NCBI GenBank assembly: GCA_002339345.1 | Contig: DDKM01000032.1 | Location: 13,259-77,258, forward strand | Length of the DNA: 64,000 nucleotides | Source: Firmicutes bacterium UBA2598 | Lineage (GTDB): Bacteria > Bacillota > PH28-bin88 | Direction of reading: 5' to 3' | Part shown: positions 48,580-58,444 of the stretch, one piece after another | Position numbering within the stretch: position 1 is the stretch's first letter | Layout of the letters: each line of letters starts with the position of its first letter | The notes under the pieces: generated by a model | Told to the model about the DNA's origin: nothing | Database searches by the model: none | Seen by the model: the letters and a program-made list of their open reading frames with translations, nothing else | Translations under genes and position numbers: made by a program

Positions 48580-48591
48580 GGGGGGAGCAGA

Positions 48592-48963
48592 GTGAGAGAA
48601 TCACGTTACTGGGTAATGTTCCTGGCCTCAGGAGTGTTGATTTTCCTAATGCTAGGTGTGCACATGGGGGTAATGCACCTTGAATCAGTATTGGGGTTGT
48701 TGGGTATTCATCTAGGTGACCCCCTAGAGTATGATACAGTAGTCAGTCGTGGTACCAGCACGGCTTGGTTGGTACTATACATCCTACTGCTGGTGATCGG
48801 ATTGTATCATGGCCTTTATGGCTTACGTTCGGTGCTCTTGGAAGTATTCCACACTGAACGGGCGAATCGTTGGATTTCAGGTCTGGTAATACTAATCGGT
48901 GTGATCGCCTTTAGCTGGGGTGCGTACGTTACAGTATATACCTTTACGATAGGGGGGCTATAG
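48592..48963 (+). CDS. sdhD: Succinate dehydrogenase/fumarate reductase small membrane subunit (SdhD-like)
   Basis: 123 aa with three predicted TM helices and the LYHGLYGLRSV motif. GTG start behind GGGGGGAG. Confidence 0.7.
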   Translation: MRESRYWVMFLASGVLIFLMLGVHMGVMHLESVLGLLGIHLGDPLEYDTVVSRGTSTAWLVLYILLLVIGLYHGLYGLRSVLLEVFHTERANRWISGLVILIGVIAFSWGAYVTVYTFTIGGL

Positions 48964-49809
48964 GTGGATACCAAAAAAGGTACTAATCATCATACCAAGA
49001 CCATCACTTTTCGTGTCCAGAGGTTCGATCCCAACAGAGATGCTGAGCCCCGCCTGCAGGAGTATACCTTTCCCGTGTCTCAGGGGATGACTGTACTGGA
49101 TTGCTTGATTTATATTAAGGAGAAACTTGATGGCTCCTTGTCCTTCAGGGCTTCCTGCCGGATGGGTATTTGCGGATCATGTGCCATGTTTGTTAACGGT
49201 TTCCCTATTTTAACATGCCATACCCAAACCTTTGAACTAAACGCCGATGTCATTGAAATTCGCTCCCTGCCCAACTATCCAATTATTAAGGACCTAATCC
49301 CTGATTTGACCATGTTATTTGAAAAACACAAGTCCATCAAACCCTATATTATCCGTACGGATATAAAGGAGATAGAAAGCCCAACTAGGGAATACCATCA
49401 ATCACCACAGGAGTTGGAAGATTATCTGCAGTTCAGTTATTGCCTCAAATGCGGCATCTGTCTTTCCGCCTGTCCCACCGTAGCAACGGATCGGGCCTTC
49501 ATCGGCCCCCAGGCCCTTGGGCAAGCCTTCAGATATAACAACGATACGCGTGATGGCGGGACAGCGGAGCGGCTTGATGCAATAGACCATCCCCATGGAG
49601 TTTGGCGCTGTCACATGGCTGGGGCTTGTGCCGATGCCTGCCCCAAAGGTGTAGATCCGGCCATGGCCGCGCAATTACTAAAACGCCAAGCAGCAGCAGC
49701 TGTATTTGGCCGGGGGAAGAAAGCTAAACCGGCAGGAGTTGCCCCTGAACCCAAGAATGTATCCAGGCGTCCCAATATACCGGACGCGCCTCCTCGTACC
49801 GTGGAGTAA
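48964..49809 (+). CDS. sdhB: Succinate dehydrogenase / fumarate reductase iron-sulfur subunit
   Basis: [2Fe-2S] motif SCRMGICGSCAM, then CLKCGICLSACP and CHMAGACADACP cluster motifs. Confidence 0.93.
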   Translation: MDTKKGTNHHTKTITFRVQRFDPNRDAEPRLQEYTFPVSQGMTVLDCLIYIKEKLDGSLSFRASCRMGICGSCAMFVNGFPILTCHTQTFELNADVIEIRSLPNYPIIKDLIPDLTMLFEKHKSIKPYIIRTDIKEIESPTREYHQSPQELEDYLQFSYCLKCGICLSACPTVATDRAFIGPQALGQAFRYNNDTRDGGTAERLDAIDHPHGVWRCHMAGACADACPKGVDPAMAAQLLKRQAAAAVFGRGKKAKPAGVAPEPKNVSRRPNIPDAPPRTVE

Positions 49810-49820
49810 CAACCGGCATG

Positions 49821-49856
49821 GGCTGACCACTTAAATGGTCAGCCTTGTTAGTTTTT
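49821..49856 (+). terminator. Rho-independent terminator after sdhB
   Basis: GGCUGACCA-CUUAAA-UGGUCAGCC followed by UUGUUAGUUUUU. Confidence 0.7.
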
Positions 49857-50014
49857 ATGGTATTTAGGCACCACCTACACGGCAAGGGGGATTGCCCTTT
49901 TTGTTGGTTTTGGGCAGGATTCTCCTCCAACAGAGCGAATAAAAGTTAAGGTACGTACAAAGTTCCAAAAAACCCTGATAGTAAATGATGGTATTAGCTG
50001 AGCGGGTGAAATAA

Positions 50015-50986
50015 TTGATTGGCTTAGAGTGTTTTTCCGAAATTAAGAAGGATTTGGAGCAAGTGGAACAGGAATTGTATCGGTTCGTTCAAGTTGAAAA
50101 CCCGGTACTTGCCGAAAGTTCGGCCCACCTGTTGCGCGCCGGAGGTAAACGGTTACGCCCTGCTTTTGCCCTACTGGCCGGTAAAACCCATTTTAACTAT
50201 AATTTAAGCAGTTTAATGCCTCTGGCTGTGGCTTTGGAAATGATTCACATGGCCACATTAGTACATGATGATGTCATTGATGTCTCAACTACCAGAAGGG
50301 GTATTCCTACCGTCAGAGCAAAGTGGGGGGATCGGGTTTCCTTACACACCGGATATTACCTATTTGCAAAATCCTTAATCTTAATTTCTGGCTATGACAA
50401 TCGAAGGATATCGGAGATTCTTGCAGAAGTCAGTGTACAAATGTGCCAGGGGGAAATACAACAAATAGCTACGGCCTTTGACGTATCACAAAACACAAAG
50501 GACTATTTTTACCGCATTAGGCGTAAAACCGCACTGCTAATAGCCGCCAGTTGCCAGCTAGGTGCCATAGTGGTAGGTGCACCACCAGCATGGGAGCGAG
50601 CGCTAACCAGCTATGGTTATAACCTGGGAATGGCATTTCAGATCACCGATGATATCCTGGATTTGATTGCGGATGCAGCCGAGTTGGGCAAACCCATTGG
50701 GGGGGACTTACGCCAGGGTATTATTACCCTTCCGATAATTTATGCCATGAAGAACAGTTCCCGTGCTCAAGAATTGCAGACAATGGTGGCCATGAGACCA
50801 AAAAGCGATGCTGATATTGCCAATGCCATTGATATTATTAAGGAAAGCGGGGCCATTGATTATGCGGCAAGAGTGGCTGAAGCATATGTAAATAAAGCAA
50901 AGAAAGCCCTTTCCGGTTTACCCGCCAATCCAGCGAGGCATAGTATGCAGTTAATCGCTGAATTCATAAAGGTAAGAAACCACTGA
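50015..50986 (+). CDS. hepT: All-trans polyprenyl (heptaprenyl) diphosphate synthase component II
   Basis: GGKRLRP, first DDxxD (LVHDDVIDVS), second DDxxD (QITDDILD) and GKP.G.DL. Confidence 0.9.
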   Translation: MIGLECFSEIKKDLEQVEQELYRFVQVENPVLAESSAHLLRAGGKRLRPAFALLAGKTHFNYNLSSLMPLAVALEMIHMATLVHDDVIDVSTTRRGIPTVRAKWGDRVSLHTGYYLFAKSLILISGYDNRRISEILAEVSVQMCQGEIQQIATAFDVSQNTKDYFYRIRRKTALLIAASCQLGAIVVGAPPAWERALTSYGYNLGMAFQITDDILDLIADAAELGKPIGGDLRQGIITLPIIYAMKNSSRAQELQTMVAMRPKSDADIANAIDIIKESGAIDYAARVAEAYVNKAKKALSGLPANPARHSMQLIAEFIKVRNH

Positions 50987-51022
50987 GACAAAATGCCTGT
51001 CCGGAAAGGGGGTGAACAACAA

Positions 51023-51778
51023 GTGAGAAAGTCTAGAATTGGGCTGCTCTTTTTAATTGTACTAGCCATTCTGGTTCTGGCGGGATGTGCTAGCGGTAAA
51101 AAGGTTGATACTGACAAAAGTCTTCCAGAACATGTTCAACCAGTCGCGAGGGATCTTAAGTTTGTCAGTTCCGATCAGATGGCTGGTGGTTGTGCCAGTT
51201 GCCATATGGGTCCACTCAGCCTGTCCAGCATGTTACAAAAGATGAACCATCCGCCAATGCCGATGGACTCAGTCAGTCAATGCTTAAGCTGCCATGGCAA
51301 CGACAAACCATTCCCCTTTAAAAACATGCTACACAAAGCCCATAAGATTGGAACTCCCAGCGCTGTAGTTACAAGTTGTGTTGCTTGCCATACCATGGGT
51401 ATTGATGGGGTTTTTGGTGTGAAAGGAATGCTTGCAGATGGGTTCCAGGAGTTGACCATCAAGGCAACTACGGTGGATGATGCACCGGATGGGTGTAATA
51501 GTTGTCATCAAACTTATGCCGGTGGAAAAGATTATTCTCTCAAAGCTGAGACAACAAAAATGAATGCAGCCTCAGGTCATCCTGTCGTGCCGGCCGCCGA
51601 TGCCAAACAATGCCTGACATGCCATAAGCCGGGAGGCAACCTGCCCCTTAGCAGAGGTCTGCACTTGGCTCATTTGGTGGGTGAACAGAATTATTTCGTT
51701 ACCACCTATGGAGCCAGTTGCCTGCAATGCCATGTGGCAGACGATAAGGGGTCCATTTCCGTCAAAGGGCTCAGGTAG
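51023..51778 (+). CDS. Hexaheme c-type cytochrome, predicted lipoprotein
   Basis: Six CxxCH motifs: CASCH, CLSCH, CVACH, CNSCH, CLTCH, CLQCH. Signal peptide with lipobox LLFLIVLAILVLAG|C. GTG 51023 was preferred because of the AAGGGGGTG SD; ATG 50993 is the alternative. Confidence 0.8.
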   Translation: MRKSRIGLLFLIVLAILVLAGCASGKKVDTDKSLPEHVQPVARDLKFVSSDQMAGGCASCHMGPLSLSSMLQKMNHPPMPMDSVSQCLSCHGNDKPFPFKNMLHKAHKIGTPSAVVTSCVACHTMGIDGVFGVKGMLADGFQELTIKATTVDDAPDGCNSCHQTYAGGKDYSLKAETTKMNAASGHPVVPAADAKQCLTCHKPGGNLPLSRGLHLAHLVGEQNYFVTTYGASCLQCHVADDKGSISVKGLR

Positions 51779-51793
51779 GATCAACAGTTGCGG

Positions 51794-51834
51794 GAGAGGC
51801 ATCTGTCAATGGTGCCTCTCTTGCCTTGTCTTTT
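51794..51834 (+). terminator. Rho-independent terminator after the cytochrome gene
   Basis: GAGAGGCA ... UGCCUCUC stem (51794-51820) followed by the U-rich tail UUGCCUUGUCUUUU. Confidence 0.6.
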
Positions 51835-51932
51835 ATGGCATTAATTCCACTAATAGGTTGGCCCGATTAACAGGATTTGACCATTATTTCACGAAGAAAA
51901 TGTACAGAATTTCTTCGGAAATGGTATAATAA

Positions 51933-52595
51933 ATGCAATTTGAAGCTGGGAGAGGGCTTCCATTGGTCACACCATATCCTATTAGTTTAAGACTGGCAGG
52001 ACAACAATGCCTGGTGATTGGTGGGGGCCGGGTTGCTGAACGCAAAATCCGCACCTTGCTTGAGCATGGAGGCTTGGTCAACGTGATCAGCCCCCGCCTT
52101 ACCGATGCCCTTTTTCAAATGAAGCAACAGGGGCAGATCAGACATGTGGCAAATTATTACCATCGGGAATTTTTGCATGGAGTATTTCTGGTCATCTGTG
52201 CATCAGATAGTGATAAGGTGAACCATGAAGTCGCCAATGATTGTTTTGCCATGGGAATCTTGGTCAATGTGGTGGATGACCCGGATTATTGTAGTTTCTT
52301 CGTCCCTTCGTCCTTTCGCCGGGGTGATTTGACCATCAGTATTTCGACCGGTGGAAAAAGCCCCATGCTGGCACAACGTTTACGGCAGCAACTGGAGCAA
52401 CACTTTGGACCGGAGTATGGTGAACTGGTAAGGATAATGGGAGACCTTAGGCAGATGGTTCGCCAAAGGGTCAAGGATTCCAAAAAGCGACGGCTGATCT
52501 ATGCTTGTCTTCTGGACAGCGACATACTTGATCTGCTGCGCAATGGACAAATAGATCTGGTAAAGGAGCGGATTGAGCAGTGTATGTACTGGTAG
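51933..52595 (+). CDS. sirC: Precorrin-2 dehydrogenase / sirohydrochlorin ferrochelatase (SirC/Met8/CysG-N type)
   Basis: YPISLRLAGQQCLVIGGGRVAERKIRTLLEHGG Rossmann motif typical of siroheme synthase N-domains. The true start may be TTG 51963 (GGGAGAGGG SD), because an extended -10 (TGgTATAAT, 51922-51930) lies only 3 nt before ATG 51933. Confidence 0.8.
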   Translation: MQFEAGRGLPLVTPYPISLRLAGQQCLVIGGGRVAERKIRTLLEHGGLVNVISPRLTDALFQMKQQGQIRHVANYYHREFLHGVFLVICASDSDKVNHEVANDCFAMGILVNVVDDPDYCSFFVPSSFRRGDLTISISTGGKSPMLAQRLRQQLEQHFGPEYGELVRIMGDLRQMVRQRVKDSKKRRLIYACLLDSDILDLLRNGQIDLVKERIEQCMYW

Positions 52596-53890
52596 TTGGG
52601 CTTAACCACCGGACAGCACCAGTTGAAATTCGGGAGGTTTTGGCCTTTTCCAGGCAGGAACTGCCGACTGCCTTATTAAAAATAAAAGGAAAACCGCATA
52701 TCGGCGGCTGCACAATTTTATCAACGTGTAATAGAACGGAAGTCTACGCTGCTGTAACCGATGTGGAAGCAGGACTAGCCGCTGTTCGTGATTTTTTAGC
52801 GAAGAAATGTAACAAGCCACAGCACATCATCGGGGACTACCTTTACACGCGTACCCTTTACGATGCTGTGCGGCATTTGTTCCGGGTATCCTCCGGCCTT
52901 GATTCTATGATTTTGGGCGAAACCCAGATTCTGGGGCAAGTTCGAGAGGCCTACCAAATTGCCCTGGAGTGCGGAGCGACAAATGGAGTGTTGAACACAC
53001 TCTTTAAACAATCCATCACAGTTGGTAAAAAAGTCAGAACCGAAACATTAATTGATCAAAACCCCGTTTCCATAAGCTATACCGCGGTTGAGCTAGCCAA
53101 ACAGTCTTTTGGGGAATTGCAGGGCCGGCAAGTACTCGTGGTCGGAGCAGGCAAAATGAGTGAACTGACACTTAAACACCTTGTAGCTAGTGGGGTAGGT
53201 AAGATTGTAGTAGCTAACCGCTCTCTGCCAAGGGCGGAACAACTAGCAACGGTTTGTGGCGGTATAGCCATCCCCTTTACCCAAATCGACAATTATTTGG
53301 CCGACACAGACATCCTGATTAGCTGTACCGCAGCCTCTGAATATGTAATTTCATATGATATGGTGCAGGCGGTTTGGCGGAAGAGAGGTGACCGGCCCAT
53401 ATTTATGATAGACATTGCTGTACCGAGGGATATCGATCCGGCGGTTGGTAAAATTGAAGGGGTTATTCTATATGATATCGATGATCTTCAACATGTAGTA
53501 GAACAGAATCTGGCAGAAAGGCAACGTGCCGCCTCCCAGGCAGAGGAGATTATTGAAAAGGAAATCGTTGAATTCTTTCAGTGGTTGGGGTCATTGTTCG
53601 CCGTTCCGACTATTATGGCTCTAAAAGCCAAGGCTGAGACCATTAAACAAACGGAATTGGAAAAGGCCATGGGTAAACTGTCTAGCCTCAACGACCGAGA
53701 AAAAAAGGTGGTGACCAGTTTGGCCAGCTCCATAGTTAACCAGCTCATGCACATTCCCATTGTTAATCTAAAAAAATATGCATCTACCCATCAGGGACAC
53801 CTTTATGCCGAAATCCTTCAGAATTTATTTGATCTGGAAATATCAGGTCAACAGGCGCGTTTAATGCAAAACATTAATGACGGGAGATGA
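52580..53890 (+). CDS. hemA: Glutamyl-tRNA reductase
   Basis: GTG start gives MYVLVVGLNHRTAPVEIRE. Also LSTCNRTE (catalytic Cys) and GAGKM NADPH motif. Confidence 0.95.
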   Translation: MYVLVVGLNHRTAPVEIREVLAFSRQELPTALLKIKGKPHIGGCTILSTCNRTEVYAAVTDVEAGLAAVRDFLAKKCNKPQHIIGDYLYTRTLYDAVRHLFRVSSGLDSMILGETQILGQVREAYQIALECGATNGVLNTLFKQSITVGKKVRTETLIDQNPVSISYTAVELAKQSFGELQGRQVLVVGAGKMSELTLKHLVASGVGKIVVANRSLPRAEQLATVCGGIAIPFTQIDNYLADTDILISCTAASEYVISYDMVQAVWRKRGDRPIFMIDIAVPRDIDPAVGKIEGVILYDIDDLQHVVEQNLAERQRAASQAEEIIEKEIVEFFQWLGSLFAVPTIMALKAKAETIKQTELEKAMGKLSSLNDREKKVVTSLASSIVNQLMHIPIVNLKKYASTHQGHLYAEILQNLFDLEISGQQARLMQNINDGR

Positions 53891-53893
53891 GCC

Positions 53894-54832
53894 ATGGAAA
53901 TGGAAGTTGTTATATGTACCAGGGACAGTGCCTTGGCCATGTGGCAGGCCAATTGGGTGCTGGATAAACTGCGGGCCCGTTTCCCCAAAAACGCCTTTCG
54001 CCTAATGCCTGTGAAGACTAAAGGAGACAAAATCCTGGATGTAGCCCTCGCCAAGATTGGTGATAAGGGTCTCTTTACCAAAGAACTTGAGGTTGCCTTG
54101 CTTGAAGGACAAGCCCATGTGGCTGTCCATAGCATGAAAGACCTGCCTACCAAACTTCCCCAAGGACTTTGCATCGGGGCAATTTGCCAGCGGGAAGACC
54201 CCATGGACGTGATCATTTCACCAAAGGGATGGACTTTGCAAGACCTGCCTCACGGCGCTAGGGTTGGAACCAGCAGTTTACGTCGAAGGGCACAATTACT
54301 ACACTACCGACCAGATCTCAACCTATTAGATCTACGCGGCAACTTGCATACCCGCATGGTTAAACTGGATCGCGGTGATTACGATGCTATCATTCTTGCC
54401 CGGGCAGGGGTTGTCAGGTTAGGCATGACCGAGCGGATTACAGGAATTATTCCCTACGCTGTTTGCCTGCCAGCCGTTGGACAAGGCTCCATAGGAATAG
54501 AAATTCGGAATGATGACCACCAAACAGCATCCCTTGTCAAGGTCCTGAATGACCCTAAAGCTGAACAATCCATCCGGGCCGAAAGGGCATTTTTGCGCGA
54601 ACTGGAAGGAGGTTGTCAGGTCCCCATTGGAGCCCTTGGTTCTGTGGAAAAGGACGGTCTTATTCTGGAGGGAATGGTGGCTAATCTTGAGGGTACCACT
54701 ATTATAAGGGAGAAAATGGTCGGTATGATAGGTGAACCGGAAATCTTGGGTCAAAGGTTGGCGAAACGCCTGATTGAGTTGGGGGCAACGGACATTTTGT
54801 CCAAAATTAGACGGGAGTTTGAGCAATGCTGA
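53894..54832 (+). CDS. hemC: Hydroxymethylbilane synthase (porphobilinogen deaminase)
   Basis: ICTRDSALAMWQA, GDK, HSMKD, GTSSLRR, and ...GGCQVPIGA (cofactor Cys). Confidence 0.95.
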   Translation: MEMEVVICTRDSALAMWQANWVLDKLRARFPKNAFRLMPVKTKGDKILDVALAKIGDKGLFTKELEVALLEGQAHVAVHSMKDLPTKLPQGLCIGAICQREDPMDVIISPKGWTLQDLPHGARVGTSSLRRRAQLLHYRPDLNLLDLRGNLHTRMVKLDRGDYDAIILARAGVVRLGMTERITGIIPYAVCLPAVGQGSIGIEIRNDDHQTASLVKVLNDPKAEQSIRAERAFLRELEGGCQVPIGALGSVEKDGLILEGMVANLEGTTIIREKMVGMIGEPEILGQRLAKRLIELGATDILSKIRREFEQC

Positions 54833-56412
54833 AACAGTATTTAAAAGGACCTATGGTTTATCTGGTTGGAGCGGGACCCGGTGATCCCCGTCTGCTAACC
54901 ATTAAGGGAAGAGACTGTCTTGGCCAAGCGGATGTAATTATCTATGATCGCCTGATCAACCGGCGGTTATTGTCCTATGCCAAAGCCGATGCTAAACTGA
55001 TTTTTGCTGGTAAATCTCCGGAGCGGCATGTTTTAAATCAGTCAGAAATTAACCAGGTCATGTTGCAGGAGGCTTTGGCCGGAAATATTGTTGTCAGGTT
55101 AAAGGGCGGAGACCCCTTTGTTTTTGGCAGGGGGGGAGAAGAGGCGGAAGTGCTTGCGAAACATGGCATACCCTTTGAGGTGGTCCCGGGGATCACATCT
55201 GCCATCGGAGTACCGGCCTATGCCGGAATACCCGTCACCCATAGGGGCCATAATTCAAGCTTAGCCATCATCACCGGCAACGAGGACCCTGACAAGGAAG
55301 AAACAGCTTTAGCCTGGGATAAAATATCCACGGGGGCAGGAACCCTTGTGTTCTTAATGGGCATGGCCAACCTTCCCGGAATCGTCAAAAATCTCATTCA
55401 ACATGGCCGGTGTCCCACTACTCCGGTGGCGGTTATTCGCTGGGGTACCAGGCCAGAACAAAGGACAGTTACGGGTAACTTAGCAGACATTGCTAACAAA
55501 GTCAAGGTAGCCCAAATAGGACATCCTGCTATAATTGTAGTCGGTGAAGTTGTAAACCTCCGCGAAAGCTTGGTCTGGTATGAAAAAAAGCCCCTTTTTG
55601 GTAAAAGGGTGTTGGTGACCCGCTCGCGGGAACAAGCTGGTGATCTGTCGGCAATAATTGAAAACCTTGGCGGAGAACCATGGGAATTTCCGGTCATCGA
55701 AATAGCACCTCCTTTAGATTTTACCCCTTTGGATGCTGCCTTGGGACGCCTGGATAAGTATGACTGGATTGTTTTTACGAGTATCAACGGCGTTCGTTCC
55801 TTTTTTGACCGTATGCGTCAACTCAGGGTGGATATACGCCAATTAGCCGGCTGCCGGTTGGCTGCCATTGGTCCGAAAACAAAGTCGGCAATCGAAAACT
55901 ATGGCCTTATGGTTGAACATGTACCGGATGAATATGTAGCAGAGGCTGTCATAGAATTTTTTCGCCAACAAAACGTGCAGGGACAACGGTTTTTATTGCC
56001 GAGGGCTGATATTGCGCGTAAGCTGCTAGTTACAGAATTGGCTGCCATGGGTGCCCATGTGGACGCCGTGGACGTCTACCGTACTATTAAAGGTAGCGCT
56101 GATACCGCATTATTAAAGGAATTGTTCCAAAGGGGGGCAATTCACGCAGTTACCCTTACTTCTTCCTCAACGGCAAAAAATCTTGTTGAGATGTTGGGTA
56201 AGGAAAACCTGTTTTCCTTGCTAAACGGAGTAGCAGTGGCCTGCATAGGTCCGATTACTGCCCAAACGGCAAGGGAGCTGGGCCTGCCTGTACATGTGGT
56301 AGCTAAAGAATATACCATAGAAGGGTTAATGGAGGCACTACTCATCCATTTCGGGAGTAAGGACTGCATTGGTTATGGGGAAGGTGTAAAAGGCTTTGGG
56401 GGAGGTGGTTGA
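54826..56412 (+). CDS. cobA: Bifunctional uroporphyrinogen-III C-methyltransferase (CobA/SUMT) / uroporphyrinogen-III synthase (HemD)
   Basis: The N-terminal ~250 aa carry [24 protein letters not shown] and VPGITSA. The C-terminal ~260 aa are HemD-like ([12 protein letters not shown]...DWIVFTS.NGV). Confidence 0.9.
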   Translation: MLKQYLKGPMVYLVGAGPGDPRLLTIKGRDCLGQADVIIYDRLINRRLLSYAKADAKLIFAGKSPERHVLNQSEINQVMLQEALAGNIVVRLKGGDPFVFGRGGEEAEVLAKHGIPFEVVPGITSAIGVPAYAGIPVTHRGHNSSLAIITGNEDPDKEETALAWDKISTGAGTLVFLMGMANLPGIVKNLIQHGRCPTTPVAVIRWGTRPEQRTVTGNLADIANKVKVAQIGHPAIIVVGEVVNLRESLVWYEKKPLFGKRVLVTRSREQAGDLSAIIENLGGEPWEFPVIEIAPPLDFTPLDAALGRLDKYDWIVFTSINGVRSFFDRMRQLRVDIRQLAGCRLAAIGPKTKSAIENYGLMVEHVPDEYVAEAVIEFFRQQNVQGQRFLLPRADIARKLLVTELAAMGAHVDAVDVYRTIKGSADTALLKELFQRGAIHAVTLTSSSTAKNLVEMLGKENLFSLLNGVAVACIGPITAQTARELGLPVHVVAKEYTIEGLMEALLIHFGSKDCIGYGEGVKGFGGGG

Positions 56413-57389
56413 CCGTGACATTTCCCGTAGTAAGGCACCGACGATTGAGGAGTAATGAAACGCTAAGGCGAATGGTGCGTGAAACCAATCTAACAGTGTC
56501 TGATTTTATTTATCCCCTTTTTGTCATGGAAGGCAGGGAAATTCGCAACCCGGTTCCATCTATGCCTGGCGTATATCAGATGTCTATTGACCAGGTAGTC
56601 CAGGAAACTAAAGTAGTATTTGAACTGGGCATTCCCGCCGTAATTCTGTTTGGCATACCTGAACACAAAGACGACATCGGCTCAGGGGCCTTTGATCCCG
56701 AAGGTATAGTCCAAAAGGCTATTAAGGCCATTAAGGATTGCTGCCCAGAATTAGTTGTTGTAACCGATGTCTGCCTGTGTGAATACACAAGCCATGGGCA
56801 TTGCGGGATCATTGACGGGGGAACAATCCTCAATGATCCGACCTTGGAGTTTTTATCCCGGACCGCCTTGTCCCATGTACAGGCGGGTGCGGATATTGTG
56901 GCCCCGTCCGACATGATGGATGGACGGGTAATGGCCATCAGGCAAAAATTGGACGCCCATGGATATTCCAATACCCCTATTCTTTCCTATGCCGCCAAAT
57001 ATGCCTCGGCGTTTTATGGCCCATTTCGGGACGCAGCAGGTTCAACCCCGCAATTCGGCGATCGGCGTAGCCACCAAATGGATCCGGGCAATGCCCTCGA
57101 GGCACTTCGAGAGGTAGAACAGGATTTGGCGGAAGGTGTCGATATGGTGATGGTAAAACCAGCGTTAGCGTACCTGGACATCATTCGACGTGTAAAGGAA
57201 AACTTTAATGTCCCGGTTGCAGCCTATAATGTTAGTGGAGAATATGCCATGGTTAAGGCCGCTGCTGCTAATGGATGGGTTGAAGAGGATAGGGTGGTAA
57301 TGGAGATTCTCACTTCCATCAAACGCGCCGGCGCAGACTTGATTATTTCGTATCATGCCAAGGATGTGGCCCGTTGGCTCCAAAGCTAA
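56409..57389 (+). CDS. hemB: Porphobilinogen synthase (delta-aminolevulinate dehydratase)
   Basis: [20 protein letters not shown] (Zn site), [11 protein letters not shown] (Schiff-base Lys) and SGEYAM. Confidence 0.95.
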   Translation: MTVTFPVVRHRRLRSNETLRRMVRETNLTVSDFIYPLFVMEGREIRNPVPSMPGVYQMSIDQVVQETKVVFELGIPAVILFGIPEHKDDIGSGAFDPEGIVQKAIKAIKDCCPELVVVTDVCLCEYTSHGHCGIIDGGTILNDPTLEFLSRTALSHVQAGADIVAPSDMMDGRVMAIRQKLDAHGYSNTPILSYAAKYASAFYGPFRDAAGSTPQFGDRRSHQMDPGNALEALREVEQDLAEGVDMVMVKPALAYLDIIRRVKENFNVPVAAYNVSGEYAMVKAAAANGWVEEDRVVMEILTSIKRAGADLIISYHAKDVARWLQS

Positions 57390-57421
57390 GAACATTAATC
57401 AGCTATATTTAAAGAAGGGAT

Positions 57422-58426
57422 GTGGTGTCCTTGATCATTTCATGGAACTCGACTAACCAGTGCAATATGTACTGTGACCACTGTTACAGGGACGCCGGAG
57501 CCAGAGCCAGTGATGAATTATCAACTATGGAAGCCAAATCCATGCTGGATGAGATTGCCAAAGCAGGTTTTAAAATAATGATTTTCAGTGGTGGAGAACC
57601 CTTTATGCGTGACGACATTTTCGAATTAGTCCGTTATGCCCGGGACTTGGGCATGCGGCCTGTTTTCGGTACCAACGGCACGCTGATTACCCCGGAAAAG
57701 GCCAAGAAGCTTAAAGAAGTCGGTACCATGGGTGTGGGGATTAGCCTGGACAGCATCCACCCGGAGAAACATGATCGTTTGCGCAAGTTTACAGGAGCAT
57801 GGGATGGAGCTATCCAGGGCATGCGCAACTGCCATGAGACAGGTGTTCCCTTCCAAATCCATACCACCATTTTCGATTGGAATCAAGATGAGGCCCTGGA
57901 AATTACCGACTTAGCTGTTAAAATGGGCGCGGTGGCCCATCATTTCTTTTTCCTGGTGCCCACTGGTAGGGCTGTGAACATTGAAGAGGAATCACTACGA
58001 GCTGAGCAATATGAACAAATTTTGACACGGATTATGCAGAAACAGCAGCAAGTGGAAATTGAGCTAAAACCCACGTGTGCTCCACAGTTCATGCGTATTG
58101 CCCACCAAATGGGGATGGATCTCAGATTTGGACGTGGATGTCTTGCGGGAACATCCTATTGCATCATCAGTCCCACCGGGGATGTCCAGCCATGTGCCTA
58201 TTTAAATATTCCCATCGGCAATGTCCGGAAGATTCCTTTCAGCCAGCTATGGAAGGAAAGCGAGGTGTTTCAGAAATTACGTTCCCTTGACTATGGAGGC
58301 GGTTGTGGTAAATGCGGATACAAGAAGATGTGTGGCGGTTGCCGTGCGAGGGCTTTCTTTTACCATGATGGCGACTATATGGCGGAGGAGCCTTGGTGTC
58401 TCTACCATGGCCGCAAGGGTATCTAA
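57422..58426 (+). CDS. Radical SAM/SPASM protein of the AhbC/AhbD (NirJ-like) family, siroheme-dependent heme synthesis
   Basis: CNMYCDHCY (CX3CX2C) plus a C-terminal Cys-rich SPASM-like CGKCGYKKMCGGCRARA. It is embedded between hemB and hemL. I cannot separate AhbC from AhbD by eye. Confidence 0.65.
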   Translation: MVSLIISWNSTNQCNMYCDHCYRDAGARASDELSTMEAKSMLDEIAKAGFKIMIFSGGEPFMRDDIFELVRYARDLGMRPVFGTNGTLITPEKAKKLKEVGTMGVGISLDSIHPEKHDRLRKFTGAWDGAIQGMRNCHETGVPFQIHTTIFDWNQDEALEITDLAVKMGAVAHHFFFLVPTGRAVNIEEESLRAEQYEQILTRIMQKQQQVEIELKPTCAPQFMRIAHQMGMDLRFGRGCLAGTSYCIISPTGDVQPCAYLNIPIGNVRKIPFSQLWKESEVFQKLRSLDYGGGCGKCGYKKMCGGCRARAFFYHDGDYMAEEPWCLYHGRKGI

Positions 58427-58444
58427 TTTGCGGGAGGGATACTT

